Shown here one piece after another: positions 55,534-64,000 of a stretch of 64,000 bases of DNA. Each line of letters starts with the position of its first letter. The stretch's first letter is position 1. This DNA is from an uncultured Candidatus Saccharibacteria bacterium (GTDB taxonomy: Bacteria; Patescibacteriota; Minisyncoccia; Phycocordibacterales; JACOZG01): contig CAYICB010000003.1 in the NCBI GenBank assembly GCA_964361825.1, forward strand, positions 2,643-66,642, read 5' to 3'. Under the pieces are notes generated by a model, which saw nothing but the letters and a program-made list of their open reading frames with translations, had not been told where the DNA came from and made no database searches. The position numbers and the translations under genes are program-made.

Positions 55534-55551
55534 TGTTATATTATAATCCTA

Positions 55552-55857
55552 TTACTCTGACCTTTTTCTGTTTGATATTCCCTCCTCGTGTTGTTTTACG
55601 AGCTTCTTGTAAATAAAGTGATTGGCTACAAGGATAAGAACTATGACCACAACAAGAGCTGAGGCATTATCAATAATTGTAATATCATTGATGTTTATTC
55701 TTTCAGACCCGACATTGTATCCGTAAATTAAACCTACAATGAAAGACAGTACCCAAGCAATGGGCTTAAAGAGGATTATTACTACTAAATATTCTTTCCA
55801 CGAATTTCCAAAGGTTATCTTAGGTTTCCAGCCATCACTTGCTCTATATTTTTTCAT
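55552..55857 (-). CDS. Two-TM hypothetical protein
   Basis: 101-aa AT-rich ORF with two hydrophobic helices. Confidence 0.7.
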   Translation of the reverse strand: MKKYRASDGWKPKITFGNSWKEYLVVIILFKPIAWVLSFIVGLIYGYNVGSERININDITIIDNASALVVVIVLILVANHFIYKKLVKQHEEGISNRKRSE

Positions 55858-55890
55858 ATTAATTTTTTATTTTGCCAACAAACACAAAAA

Positions 55891-55989
55891 GCCCACCGCC
55901 AGGCGACAACCTTTCGGTCGTCCACACCTCTTTCGAAGCGTGACCAATCACGGTGAACCTAGACGATGGGTTCTTTACCCGTGATTGGT
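55891..55989 (-). ncRNA. C4/CI-like cloverleaf antisense RNA candidate with an upstream complementary target
   Basis: Closing stem, two GAAA-capped hairpins and an 11-nt single-stranded segment complementary to 55979-55989. Confidence 0.55.
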
Positions 55990-56109
55990 TTTTTAAGCCA
56001 TGCCCAACTAAACAGTTGGGTTTAGGCCATTATTAAATTGTGCTTACAATTTAGCATTAAATTCGCACAGAGAAAACAACCCGTATCAATTATATGATCG
56101 AGTGGTTTA

Positions 56110-56148
56110 CCATGAGCGAGTTCGTCTTTCAACGAACGAGTCGAATGG
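56110..56148. repeat. REP-like imperfect palindrome overlapping the tmRNA 3' end
   Basis: ccatgagcgagttcgtc-tttc-aacgaacgagtcgaatgg. Confidence 0.5.
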
Positions 56149-56524
56149 AGATGCCGGGAATCGAACCCGGGTGCAGAAAGAGATCTCAAGTAGGTCTACA
56201 AGCGTAGTTGGTTTGGTGTTGTCGGGAGTGGCATAGAAAGCCAACAAAAACGCACACCCCGTAGCTCTAGGTTTTCGTCTCTCGCCTCGAGCGCGGGCGG
56301 GAGCTTATTCCGAATTTATGACACCACTTTGATCTTATCGGAAGTCAGACCAAGTGATGTCGCTTAGGCTAAAGCGTAAGCGAAAGGAAGAGGATATGGC
56401 GAAGCCACACCTTCTCCCTCGTTAGATAAGTTGGCACTTATCAGTGTGCCGCGGTTTTACGAGTGGGCGGCAACTCGGCTTGCATAGCAAGAGAGTGATC
56501 CTTCTGTCGAAGCCAATCATCCCC
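56146..56524 (-). ncRNA. ssrA: tmRNA
   Basis: 5' GGGGATGA..GGCTTCGAC; 3' T-arm GGTTCGATTCCCGGCATCTCCA; tag ORF 56435-56364 ANLSNEGEGVASPYPLPFAYALA; adjacent to smpB. Confidence 0.95.
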
Positions 56525-56533
56525 TTATGTAAA

Positions 56534-56980
56534 TTAACTTTTCAATGATCTTTCGATCTGTCTTTTGGCCTCGCGCTTTTTAATGCTTTCGCGCTTGTCG
56601 TGCGTTTTTTTGCCGCGAGCGAGGCCAATTTCCAGCTTGAGCTGGTTCCGCTTACTATACAGTGATAATGGAATTATTGTCAAGCCGCGTTCATTGGTTT
56701 TGCTGGCCAGTTCCTTCAATTCTTTCTCATTGAGAAGCAATTTGCGTCGTCGCTCGGGCTTATAATCCTCGGGTGTATTGCCGGGCTGATAGGGGGCGAT
56801 GGTGGCGCCCACCAAGTAAGCTTCGCCGTTTTCGAAACTGATATAACTGCCGGCCAGCGAGGCGCCGCGACCGCTTTTAAGCGATTTGACCTCAAGGCCG
56901 AGCAAAACCAAACCCGCCTCCCATTTCTCAAGGATTTCGTAGTCGAAAGTGGCTTTTTGATTGCGAATCGCGGTGGCCAT
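56534..56980 (-). CDS. smpB: SsrA-binding protein
   Basis: N.KA..DY, EAG..L.G.EVKS, RKLLL and GKK.HDKR. Confidence 0.98.
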   Translation of the reverse strand: MATAIRNQKATFDYEILEKWEAGLVLLGLEVKSLKSGRGASLAGSYISFENGEAYLVGATIAPYQPGNTPEDYKPERRRKLLLNEKELKELASKTNERGLTIIPLSLYSKRNQLKLEIGLARGKKTHDKRESIKKREAKRQIERSLKS

Positions 56981-57029
56981 TGTCAGATTCTAGCATTTTC
57001 TCTAACTTTCATTATAATCAGGTCGCGTG

Positions 57030-58946
57030 ATGAAAAAGATGTCAAAATTGAATAAAACCAGTCCGCGAGGCTTTGGTCAATTTGGTCGCCAAATTGCTTC
57101 CACGGTCTTGATTTTTCTCGTTTTGCTCGGAATCTATTCTGCGGTGACCAGCAATCAGCAAACCGCCAAAGAGCTAACTTTATCAGAATTAGCCCAAGCG
57201 ATTAATCAGGGTGAGGTGGCCAAAATTGTGATTCAAGGCGATGCTTTAGCTGTGACCCTGCAAACCGGGGAAGAGCTTCGGTCGCAAAAAGAGGCCGAAA
57301 CTTCGCTCTCCGAAAGTTTGGCTAATTATGGCGTTTTGCCGACTAGTTTGGGCGGGGTTTCGGTGGCGGTGGCTAATCCCTCGGGCCTTACTTTTTGGTT
57401 GCTCAATTTATTGCCTTTTATTTTACCAGCGATTTTTGTACTTCTGATTTTTTGGTTTATCTCGCGCCAAGTGCGCGGGGCTTCGGTGCAAGCGTTCTCT
57501 TTTGGTCAATCGCGCGCGCGAGTAATTGACCCCAATGATCAGTCGCAGAAAATTACTTTCAAAGATGTGGCTGGCGTAAAGGAGGCCAAAGAAGAATTGT
57601 TAGAAATTGTCGATTTTCTCAAAAGTCCAAAAAAGTTTTTAGACATTGGCGCCAAGATTCCCAAGGGTGTTTTGCTTATTGGTGCGCCGGGGACCGGTAA
57701 AACTTTGTTGGCGCGCGCGGTGGCGGGTGAAGCGGGTGTGCCCTTCTTTTATCTCTCGGGTTCGGAGTTTGTTGAGATGTTTGTAGGCGTGGGCGCTTCG
57801 CGCGTGCGCGACCTCTTCAAAATGGCCAAGAAAACGGCCCCAGCGATTATTTTTATTGATGAAATCGATGCCATCGGTCGTCATCGCGGTGGCGGCATGG
57901 GTGGCGGCAATGATGAGCGCGAGCAAACACTTAATCAAATTCTCGTGGAGATGGATGGCTTCGAGCCTAATGAAAAACTGATTGTAATGGCGGCCACCAA
58001 TCGGCCTGATGTGCTCGATATCGCGCTTTTGCGCCCCGGTCGCTTTGACCGTCGCGTGGTGCTCGATAAGCCGGATCTTAAAGATCGTGAAGAAATTCTT
58101 GGCATTTATGCCCGCAAGAAACCGCTCCACGAGGATGTGAACTTGCGCGTCATTGCTCAACGCACGCCCGGTTTCTCTGGCGCGGATCTCGCTAATGTGA
58201 TGAATGAAGGCGCGATTTTGGCGGCGCGCGAGAATCGCAAGCAGATTACGCAATACGATCTCATTCGCTCGGTGGAGAAGGTAATTCTTGGTCCGGAGCG
58301 CAAGAGTCATATCTTGTCTGAACGAGAAAAGAAAATCACGGCTTACCACGAGATGGGCCATGCGCTCATTGGCTCGGTTTTGCCGCATTCGGATCCGGTG
58401 CACAAGGTCTCGATTATTTCTCGCGGGCATGCGGCGGGCTACACGCTTAAATTGCCGTTCGAAGACCGCAAACTGGAGTCGAAGAAAGAATTCTTGGATG
58501 AAATCGCGGCGCTCCTCGGTGGTTATGCCGCCGAGCAACTGATTTTTGGCGATATTACTACCGGCGCTTCTAATGATCTTGCGGTGGCGACCTATACGGC
58601 GCGTAATATGGTCACCAAGTATGGTATGAGCGAGAAGCTCGGGCCGGTGGCCTTCGACACTGGCGGCGAACGCCACTTGGTGAGCGGCGGGCAACTAGTG
58701 GAGAAGGCGTCATCGGAGGCGGTGTCGGCGCTCATTGATCAAGAAATTTCTAAAATTCTTAGCGAAGGTCTGACGCGCGCTAATCAAGTGCTTACCGATT
58801 ACCGCGCCGCTCTCGACGCGATGTCGGAAGAACTGATTAAAGTCGAAACCATCGATCGCGAAGACTTCGATAAACTGCTTATTTTGAACGGCATCAAGCC
58901 GAAGGAGGATACTAATAAGGTTGTGGATAACTTATCGGCCCGGTAG
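57030..58946 (+). CDS. ftsH: ATP-dependent zinc metalloprotease FtsH
   Basis: Two TM helices, [16 protein letters not shown] and HEMGH. Confidence 0.98.
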   Translation: MKKMSKLNKTSPRGFGQFGRQIASTVLIFLVLLGIYSAVTSNQQTAKELTLSELAQAINQGEVAKIVIQGDALAVTLQTGEELRSQKEAETSLSESLANYGVLPTSLGGVSVAVANPSGLTFWLLNLLPFILPAIFVLLIFWFISRQVRGASVQAFSFGQSRARVIDPNDQSQKITFKDVAGVKEAKEELLEIVDFLKSPKKFLDIGAKIPKGVLLIGAPGTGKTLLARAVAGEAGVPFFYLSGSEFVEMFVGVGASRVRDLFKMAKKTAPAIIFIDEIDAIGRHRGGGMGGGNDEREQTLNQILVEMDGFEPNEKLIVMAATNRPDVLDIALLRPGRFDRRVVLDKPDLKDREEILGIYARKKPLHEDVNLRVIAQRTPGFSGADLANVMNEGAILAARENRKQITQYDLIRSVEKVILGPERKSHILSEREKKITAYHEMGHALIGSVLPHSDPVHKVSIISRGHAAGYTLKLPFEDRKLESKKEFLDEIAALLGGYAAEQLIFGDITTGASNDLAVATYTARNMVTKYGMSEKLGPVAFDTGGERHLVSGGQLVEKASSEAVSALIDQEISKILSEGLTRANQVLTDYRAALDAMSEELIKVETIDREDFDKLLILNGIKPKEDTNKVVDNLSAR

Positions 58947-59006
58947 GATTCGAACCTACAACCAGCCGTGTATAAGACGGCGGCTCCACCATTGAGCTAC
59001 GGGCCG
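58935..59006 (-). tRNA. tRNA-Ile with UAU anticodon
   Basis: Acceptor CGGCCCG/CGGGCCG+A, D-arm GCTC/GAGC, anticodon arm GCCGT-CTTATAC-ACGGC, T-arm GTAGG-TTCGAAT-CCTAC; no encoded CCA. Confidence 0.92.
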
Positions 59007-59088
59007 GAAGGTGTTACCATAATAATGGCCAAAATATACTGACTGGTCAATCTCAAGTTTTTGGCTTTATTACTTAATTTTTCTTTAA

Positions 59089-59841
59089 ATGAACAAATCT
59101 CTTATTAGTTTCTTTTTGGTGTTTGCTTTGGTTTTGGCGCCAGTTTTTACTGTTAGTGCTAAATCGGTCAATGAGAAAAAAAGTTTGCTTTCGCGTTTAT
59201 TGGCGCGTTTTCAGCGAGTAGAGAAAGTGGAGCGCGTGGTATTAGAACCGGTGGTGGAGATTAATCAGCCCGCGATCAATGCCGAGAGTTTATCACTGGT
59301 TTCGAGTAATCCGCCGTCTGGGGCCATTAGAACTGGTCAACCATCTAATCCTGATGGCACCGGCTTTTGGGATCCTAAAGGCGCTTGGCAAACCATTGAG
59401 GTGATAATGAGTGGTAATACCGCTTCGGTGGCGCCAGAAATGTTTGAGGTTAAGGGGACTTCGGCCGATACGCCTAAGGTCACTGGTATTATGCCGAGCG
59501 AGAAGGCGGGAGCGGTTACGCTGGTTTTAAGTCACCCGATTCAAGTTGGTTGGACCACGATTGTTCTAAAATCAAGTGGTCAAACTATTAATCTGGGTTA
59601 TTTACCCGGAGATGTGGATCAAAGTGGCGCTTTTACTGCTGCTGATTGGCTAAAGTTAATCGACGCTCTTAATGGAGTGGCTGATTTGCCTCTCTACATG
59701 ACCGATATCGATAATAGCGGTGTTTTTACCCCGGCTGATCTCTTGCGTTTAATCGACATGATTAATGGCGCAGACCATTTTGTGGCCCTCAACCTTTTTG
59801 GCGCTTCGATCCCTGCCTTGCCAGAGGTAAGTCTTAATTAA
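59089..59841 (+). CDS. Secreted protein with a C-terminal dockerin-like domain
   Basis: Signal peptide; duplicated Ca-binding loops GDVDQSG....D and DIDNSG....D. Confidence 0.8.
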   Translation: MNKSLISFFLVFALVLAPVFTVSAKSVNEKKSLLSRLLARFQRVEKVERVVLEPVVEINQPAINAESLSLVSSNPPSGAIRTGQPSNPDGTGFWDPKGAWQTIEVIMSGNTASVAPEMFEVKGTSADTPKVTGIMPSEKAGAVTLVLSHPIQVGWTTIVLKSSGQTINLGYLPGDVDQSGAFTAADWLKLIDALNGVADLPLYMTDIDNSGVFTPADLLRLIDMINGADHFVALNLFGASIPALPEVSLN

Positions 59842-59845
59842 ACTG

Positions 59846-60832
59846 ATGAAGAAGCGCCTTTTTGCTTTTTTGTTGGTTTTGGTTTTTGGCGGTGTTTTAC
59901 CCTTAGGAGCTTCGGCCGAAGGCTTTTTAACCGAGACGATTGCTGGACTTAAGGCGCAAATTGCCGAATTGGAAGCGCGGTTAGCTCAACTCCAAGGTTT
60001 AGAAGTTGGCGAAACGGAGCAAGGCTTTCTCAACCGAAATTACCAATTGGGTGAAACTGGACCAGAGGTCATTGCTTTACAAGACTTCTTACGTGCCAAA
60101 GGTTTTTTTAGTTTACCCCAGTCCACTGGTTATTTTGGCGAAGTCACGCAAAAGGCGCTTCGGGCTTACACAGAATCTTTGAGTAAAACAGTTACTCCAG
60201 TAACAACGGTAATTACTACTACCATTTTAGCTACCTCTACGCCCACCACTACGCCGTTGGTGGTAGAGAAGCCACTTCCCGTTACCGGCTTTGGCTTTAA
60301 GGCGGTTAAACCACCAGCTGAAGCCATTGATGCTCGGAGTCCGGTTTCGCTTGAGCCAAACAGTAAAGAGATTTTTGGCTGGCAAGAATTTGAGTTTGCT
60401 TTTACTCCTGATCCCAAAACTAGGGCAAAAAAGCCAGTTTTGGCCGATTTTAGCGTGGAAACGGCCAAACCAGATTTCGATTTGAAAGTGGTGGCGGTGG
60501 TGGCTAGCGATCCGGTGGTGGTGAAGCTAAGTCAACCCATTCCGGCCGGAGTGTGGACCAAGGTTATCCACAAGCCCACACAAACCACCTTCCGTTTTGG
60601 TTACCTTCCGGGGGATGTTAATCAGGACGCTTTAGTGAGTTATGAGGACCTGCTTTTATTGATTGATGTGGTAAACAAGGTTAAATCTGCCCCAGATTAC
60701 ACGGCAGATATCGATCGTAATGGTTTGGTGAATCGGGCTGATCAGCTCGCTTGGCTTAATTTGGTTAAAACTGGCGAGGGAGAAAGTTCTTGGCATCGAC
60801 ACTCCTTGCCAAGCGAAGTCATCCCAAGTTAA
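59846..60832 (+). CDS. Secreted protein with peptidoglycan-binding and dockerin-like domains
   Basis: G..G.EV..LQ.FL...TGYFG..T; GDVNQD and DIDRNG. Confidence 0.82.
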   Translation: MKKRLFAFLLVLVFGGVLPLGASAEGFLTETIAGLKAQIAELEARLAQLQGLEVGETEQGFLNRNYQLGETGPEVIALQDFLRAKGFFSLPQSTGYFGEVTQKALRAYTESLSKTVTPVTTVITTTILATSTPTTTPLVVEKPLPVTGFGFKAVKPPAEAIDARSPVSLEPNSKEIFGWQEFEFAFTPDPKTRAKKPVLADFSVETAKPDFDLKVVAVVASDPVVVKLSQPIPAGVWTKVIHKPTQTTFRFGYLPGDVNQDALVSYEDLLLLIDVVNKVKSAPDYTADIDRNGLVNRADQLAWLNLVKTGEGESSWHRHSLPSEVIPS

Positions 60833-60841
60833 AATTTAGAC

Positions 60842-61666
60842 ATGAAAAAATTATTCATTCTTTTGCTTATTAGTTTAAGTTTGCCATTTTTGGCGCAAGC
60901 GCAAGTGGCGAGTAATCCTGCCGCCAGAATGCAGGTGACCCAGCTTATCGAGGCGCTGAAAAGTCGCGGTCTCACACCGATAAGGCCAAGCGCGGTATCC
61001 GCAGTTTCTCCCATGACCTATCAACCAGTGGCCGTGCCACGGCTGATGCGTAACTTGACAGTGGGTGATAAGGGCGAAGATGTGCGCTCACTCCAGACCT
61101 TTCTTAAGACCAAAGGTTACTTTAAGGATGAGGCCACCGGCTTTTTTGGACCAATGACGGCCACGGCGCTGACTGATTGGCAAATGGCCGAAAAAATTAT
61201 TACCAATCGAGCTAATGGTGGGGTGGTGGGCACCTATACTCGTAGCAAATTGGATTCATTAGCGGGGAGTAATCCGATGGTTAGCGCGACAATGGTTAAT
61301 AAGTTGCCCGGTAGTCGCGTGGGCGTAAAATTTGGGGTAACTAATCCGCTCCCTGATAGTGAGTTGAAGCGCGGTGAACGCTTCTCGATTACTTGGCGCC
61401 TGGCCAGAACCTTGGCTACGCCACTAGTAGACACCGAAACAGAAACAGTGACCAATGAGGTGCCGGCCCTTGATGCCGCGCCAGAGGTTAATATTATCCT
61501 TTTGCCAGTTTCTGGCCAGCCGATTGCTTTGATAAGTAATTTGGCTAATAAATCTTTTTATCACTGGACGCCGGCGAACACCATTTTGCCCGGCAAGTAT
61601 CGCGTACAAGTGGAGTCTACCGATCGGGCAATCTCGGCTACCAGCGAAATTTTCACTCTCAAATAA
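60842..61666 (+). CDS. Secreted peptidoglycan-binding domain protein with an Ig-like C-terminus
   Basis: GDKGEDVRSLQ.FL, TGFFGP.T and G.VG..TR. Confidence 0.82.
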   Translation: MKKLFILLLISLSLPFLAQAQVASNPAARMQVTQLIEALKSRGLTPIRPSAVSAVSPMTYQPVAVPRLMRNLTVGDKGEDVRSLQTFLKTKGYFKDEATGFFGPMTATALTDWQMAEKIITNRANGGVVGTYTRSKLDSLAGSNPMVSATMVNKLPGSRVGVKFGVTNPLPDSELKRGERFSITWRLARTLATPLVDTETETVTNEVPALDAAPEVNIILLPVSGQPIALISNLANKSFYHWTPANTILPGKYRVQVESTDRAISATSEIFTLK

Positions 61667-61699
61667 GTAAGAAAGCGTGGTGGTTTGCGTCTCCAACTA

Positions 61700-62212
61700 A
61701 TGTCGCTCAATCCACAGCAAGAACTTTTAGAGGCTCATGAGGCTTGGGCGGAGGCTATTTTTCGTCACTTGTTTTTTCGGCTTAGTGATCGAGAGCGAGC
61801 TTTAGAATTGGTCCAAGAGGTTTTTCTGCGGGTGTGGCAAACCCTTGTTCGGGGGGAAAGGGTCGAGAACATGCGCGCTTTTCTTTATCGGATTGCCCAT
61901 AATTTGATTATTGATGAATATCGCAAGACTAAAAGTTCCTCCCTTGAGGCCTTAAACGAGGAGACGGGTTTTGAGCCAGTGGGCGGTGATGAAAATGATT
62001 TGGTGGCTGAATTAGAGAGGGTCGAAATTATCGCCCAATTGCACCAAGTGCCGACCCCCTATCGTGAGGCGCTAGTTTATCGTTATGTGGATGATTTACC
62101 GGTCAAAGAGATTGCCACCTTGCTCGGTGAGACCGAAAATGTGATCTCGGTGAGAATTCATCGCGGTTTGGGTAAATTACGCCAATTAATTTTGCAACAT
62201 GGAAACGCTTAA
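61700..62212 (+). CDS. ECF RNA polymerase sigma factor
   Basis: Region 2 (QEVFLRVW, FLYRIAHN..ID.YRK) and region 4 HTH (EIA.LLG......VRIHRG). Confidence 0.93.
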   Translation: MSLNPQQELLEAHEAWAEAIFRHLFFRLSDRERALELVQEVFLRVWQTLVRGERVENMRAFLYRIAHNLIIDEYRKTKSSSLEALNEETGFEPVGGDENDLVAELERVEIIAQLHQVPTPYREALVYRYVDDLPVKEIATLLGETENVISVRIHRGLGKLRQLILQHGNA

Positions 62213-62678
62213 ACAAGCGCTCAATCGGGCGAAAAGTGAGGTGAGTTTGACCCCGGGCGAATGGGCGAGTTCGCGTCGGGCCTTAGAATGGAAAATCGGT
62301 CAAGGTGAACAATCAGTAAGAATTCCCGAAGACTATCGTCATCAAGCTTGGTGGCAGGGTTCACCCCTTTGGCGGGGGTTGGCCCTAGTTTTGCCACTTA
62401 TTGTCATTTTTATTGCCGCGCGTCAAGTGGCGGCACCGGAACCAATTTTACCCCTGACCGTTCCGGCGCCGCTTGTGTCTCCGGAAGCGCCGGTGAGATT
62501 GAAGCGGTTGCCAGCGCCAGAATTGCCGGTGGCGCCGGTAGTGCCCCAAGTTCCATTAATGATGCCGTCGGCTGGTGGCCCGGTGTCTGCTCCAGCCAGT
62601 GAGACCAACTTATTACGCGCCACCTCCACAGCCACCACTTCAGTAGACGAATTACCAGAAGACAGTTATAATAATTAA
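62199..62678 (+). CDS. Putative anti-sigma factor (single TM, Pro-rich tail)
   Basis: Overlaps the ECF sigma stop; cytoplasmic N-terminal helix, TM and extracellular tail. Confidence 0.65.
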   Translation: METLKQALNRAKSEVSLTPGEWASSRRALEWKIGQGEQSVRIPEDYRHQAWWQGSPLWRGLALVLPLIVIFIAARQVAAPEPILPLTVPAPLVSPEAPVRLKRLPAPELPVAPVVPQVPLMMPSAGGPVSAPASETNLLRATSTATTSVDELPEDSYNN

Positions 62679-62679
62679 T

Positions 62680-64000
62680 ATGAAAAAATTTAATATTTGG
62701 TTGATGGGTTTTGTTTTTCTCGGAATTTTGGCAGCTCCGGCGATTACTCGAGCCCAAGTGGAGACAAAATTTAAAATTGGTGATTTTGGTCAATATGTGA
62801 AAGAACTTCAAGAAAAACTCCGCGCCTCGGGCGACTTCACTTACCCTCAAATCACCGGTTATTACGGTAAAATTACCGACGAAGCGGTGAAGAAGTATGA
62901 GGCGAGAACGAAAGAGAAAATCCTCAGACCTATCCCTCGGCCATTACCCGTACCTCCGGTTGGTAATATGCCTATTACTGTTATTTCACCGAATGGTGGG
63001 GAAAGGGATTGGCAGACAGGCGCAGTAAGACAAATCAATTGGACATTGGGAGGAGGTTTTAGTCTCGGTGTCTACACGGTAGACATTAATTGGGTTCCAG
63101 CCGTTATTCCAATGATTTATTGTGCTCAAGAGGATGATTCCCGGTGTGATTTCTCAAAGAAAATTGTTTCTGGTGTACCAATGACCAGTTATGTTGGTGC
63201 GGGTTTTAGTGGTAATGGCGGGGGTTCTTATAATTGGAAGGTCGGGACATTTGAAGATGGTTCAAATTTTGCTACGAACTCTGATTTTGAAGGTAGAATT
63301 CGTGTTTGCTTGTCTGGTACTAAGACATGTGACTACAGTGACTCCCACTTCACCATCTCTTCTAATAACACCATTCCTTACCCTCAACCTGTTGGCAATC
63401 AACCGCCAGTAATTCATGGTGTGTCTGGTCCGACCCTGCTTAAGGTTGGCGAGATGGGTGAGTGGTCCGTGAAGGCGAGCGATCCCGAGAACGGTAGTTT
63501 GAAGTACGCTATTGATTGGGGTGACCGCAACGCTTCGGCTGGGGCGGCTGGGTTGCCGATGATGTCTGGTTTAACCTATGACACCACACAAAACAGCACC
63601 TTTACTCATAGTTATAGCTCGGCTGGCACTTACACCGTGACCTTCGCCGTGAGCGACAATTTGGGTAGTGTGAACAAGTCGAGCATGAGTGTGCAGGTTG
63701 GTGGCAGCGATATTCCTCGGGATATTATCCAAGTTCTTTCGCCGAATGGCGGGGAGCGTTGGCTTGTTGGTTCAACTCAGTCAGTTCAGTGGCGTTGGTC
63801 GGGCCCTTCTAACCCTCACTACCCACAATATAAGTCAACCAACTTGAATATCTATTTGCTCGGTGAGTACGGTTCCAAGCGTCCTTTAGTTCAGGGGGTG
63901 GACAGTCGTAACGGAGGAGGGTTTTCGGTAAAAGTTCCTTCTTGGGCACCCGCAGGGAATTACCGTGTCGGTGTGTGTGATGATTATCTTTCGGATGCTA
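62680..64000 (+). CDS. Secreted PG-binding / SPNGGE Ig-like / PKD-like surface protein, truncated by the window end
   Basis: Absent from the ORF track; manual translation gives MKKFNIWLMG..., VKELQ..L...ITGYYG, two SPNGGE motifs and IDWGD...FTHSY...GTYTV. Confidence 0.88.
   Translation, partial: MKKFNIWLMGFVFLGILAAPAITRAQVETKFKIGDFGQYVKELQEKLRASGDFTYPQITGYYGKITDEAVKKYEARTKEKILRPIPRPLPVPPVGNMPITVISPNGGERDWQTGAVRQINWTLGGGFSLGVYTVDINWVPAVIPMIYCAQEDDSRCDFSKKIVSGVPMTSYVGAGFSGNGGGSYNWKVGTFEDGSNFATNSDFEGRIRVCLSGTKTCDYSDSHFTISSNNTIPYPQPVGNQPPVIHGVSGPTLLKVGEMGEWSVKASDPENGSLKYAIDWGDRNASAGAAGLPMMSGLTYDTTQNSTFTHSYSSAGTYTVTFAVSDNLGSVNKSSMSVQVGGSDIPRDIIQVLSPNGGERWLVGSTQSVQWRWSGPSNPHYPQYKSTNLNIYLLGEYGSKRPLVQGVDSRNGGGFSVKVPSWAPAGNYRVGVCDDYLSDA

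Noticed and set aside
57639-58694. 351-aa antisense ORF in ftsH, and similar ones in fusA, tuf and nusA
   Set aside because: Antisense shadows of conserved genes caused by codon bias; no motifs
58922-58930. DnaA box (TGTGGATAA; similar words near 49343 and 60564) as oriC
   Set aside because: Isolated single boxes, mostly in coding sequence; no cluster, unwinding element or dnaA
63191-63412. 73-aa ORF in the track
   Set aside because: Out-of-frame overlap within the long open frame starting at 62680
1-64000. Alternative genetic code (UGA=Gly) as in Gracilibacteria/Absconditabacteria
   Set aside because: fusA ends at TGA at its expected C-terminus, and core ORFs are full length under code 11

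Overview
This is 64 kb of a Patescibacteria (CPR) chromosome, most likely Parcubacteria. The evidence is standard code 11 with TGA stops, no rpmD in the spc cluster, a trigger factor lacking its PPIase domain, a type IV pilus locus, split comEC and minimal glycolysis genes. The backbone is housekeeping: rny, clpP, tig, ppa, nusA, tpiA, pgk, recJ, the str/S10/spc ribosomal clusters through secY-adk-map-ndk, infC-rpmI-rplT, smpB/tmRNA, ftsH and a tRNA-Ile(UAU). It also carries surface-protein clusters, a RAYT-type transposase and two RelE/ParE TA pairs. The strongest unexplained signals are RNA-level. (1) An orphan PemK/MazF-like domain is fused to RNase HI, and the linker encodes on the opposite strand a complete small-RNA unit (TTGACA-N17-TAGACT promoter, UUCG hairpin, terminator). 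(2) A 2.6-kb orphan cassette next to csrA has a boxA-like site, a duplicated hairpin+SD start block and back-to-back hairpins even inside coding sequence, whereas many core genes look leaderless. (3) There is a stand-alone rod-shaped ncRNA and a C4/CI-like cloverleaf beside tmRNA. (4) RAYT-type palindromes sit in frame in recJ. (5) A 54-bp direct repeat encodes twin basic micropeptides around an ORF6N gene. All calls come from reading the sequence by eye; no searches or folding programs were run.
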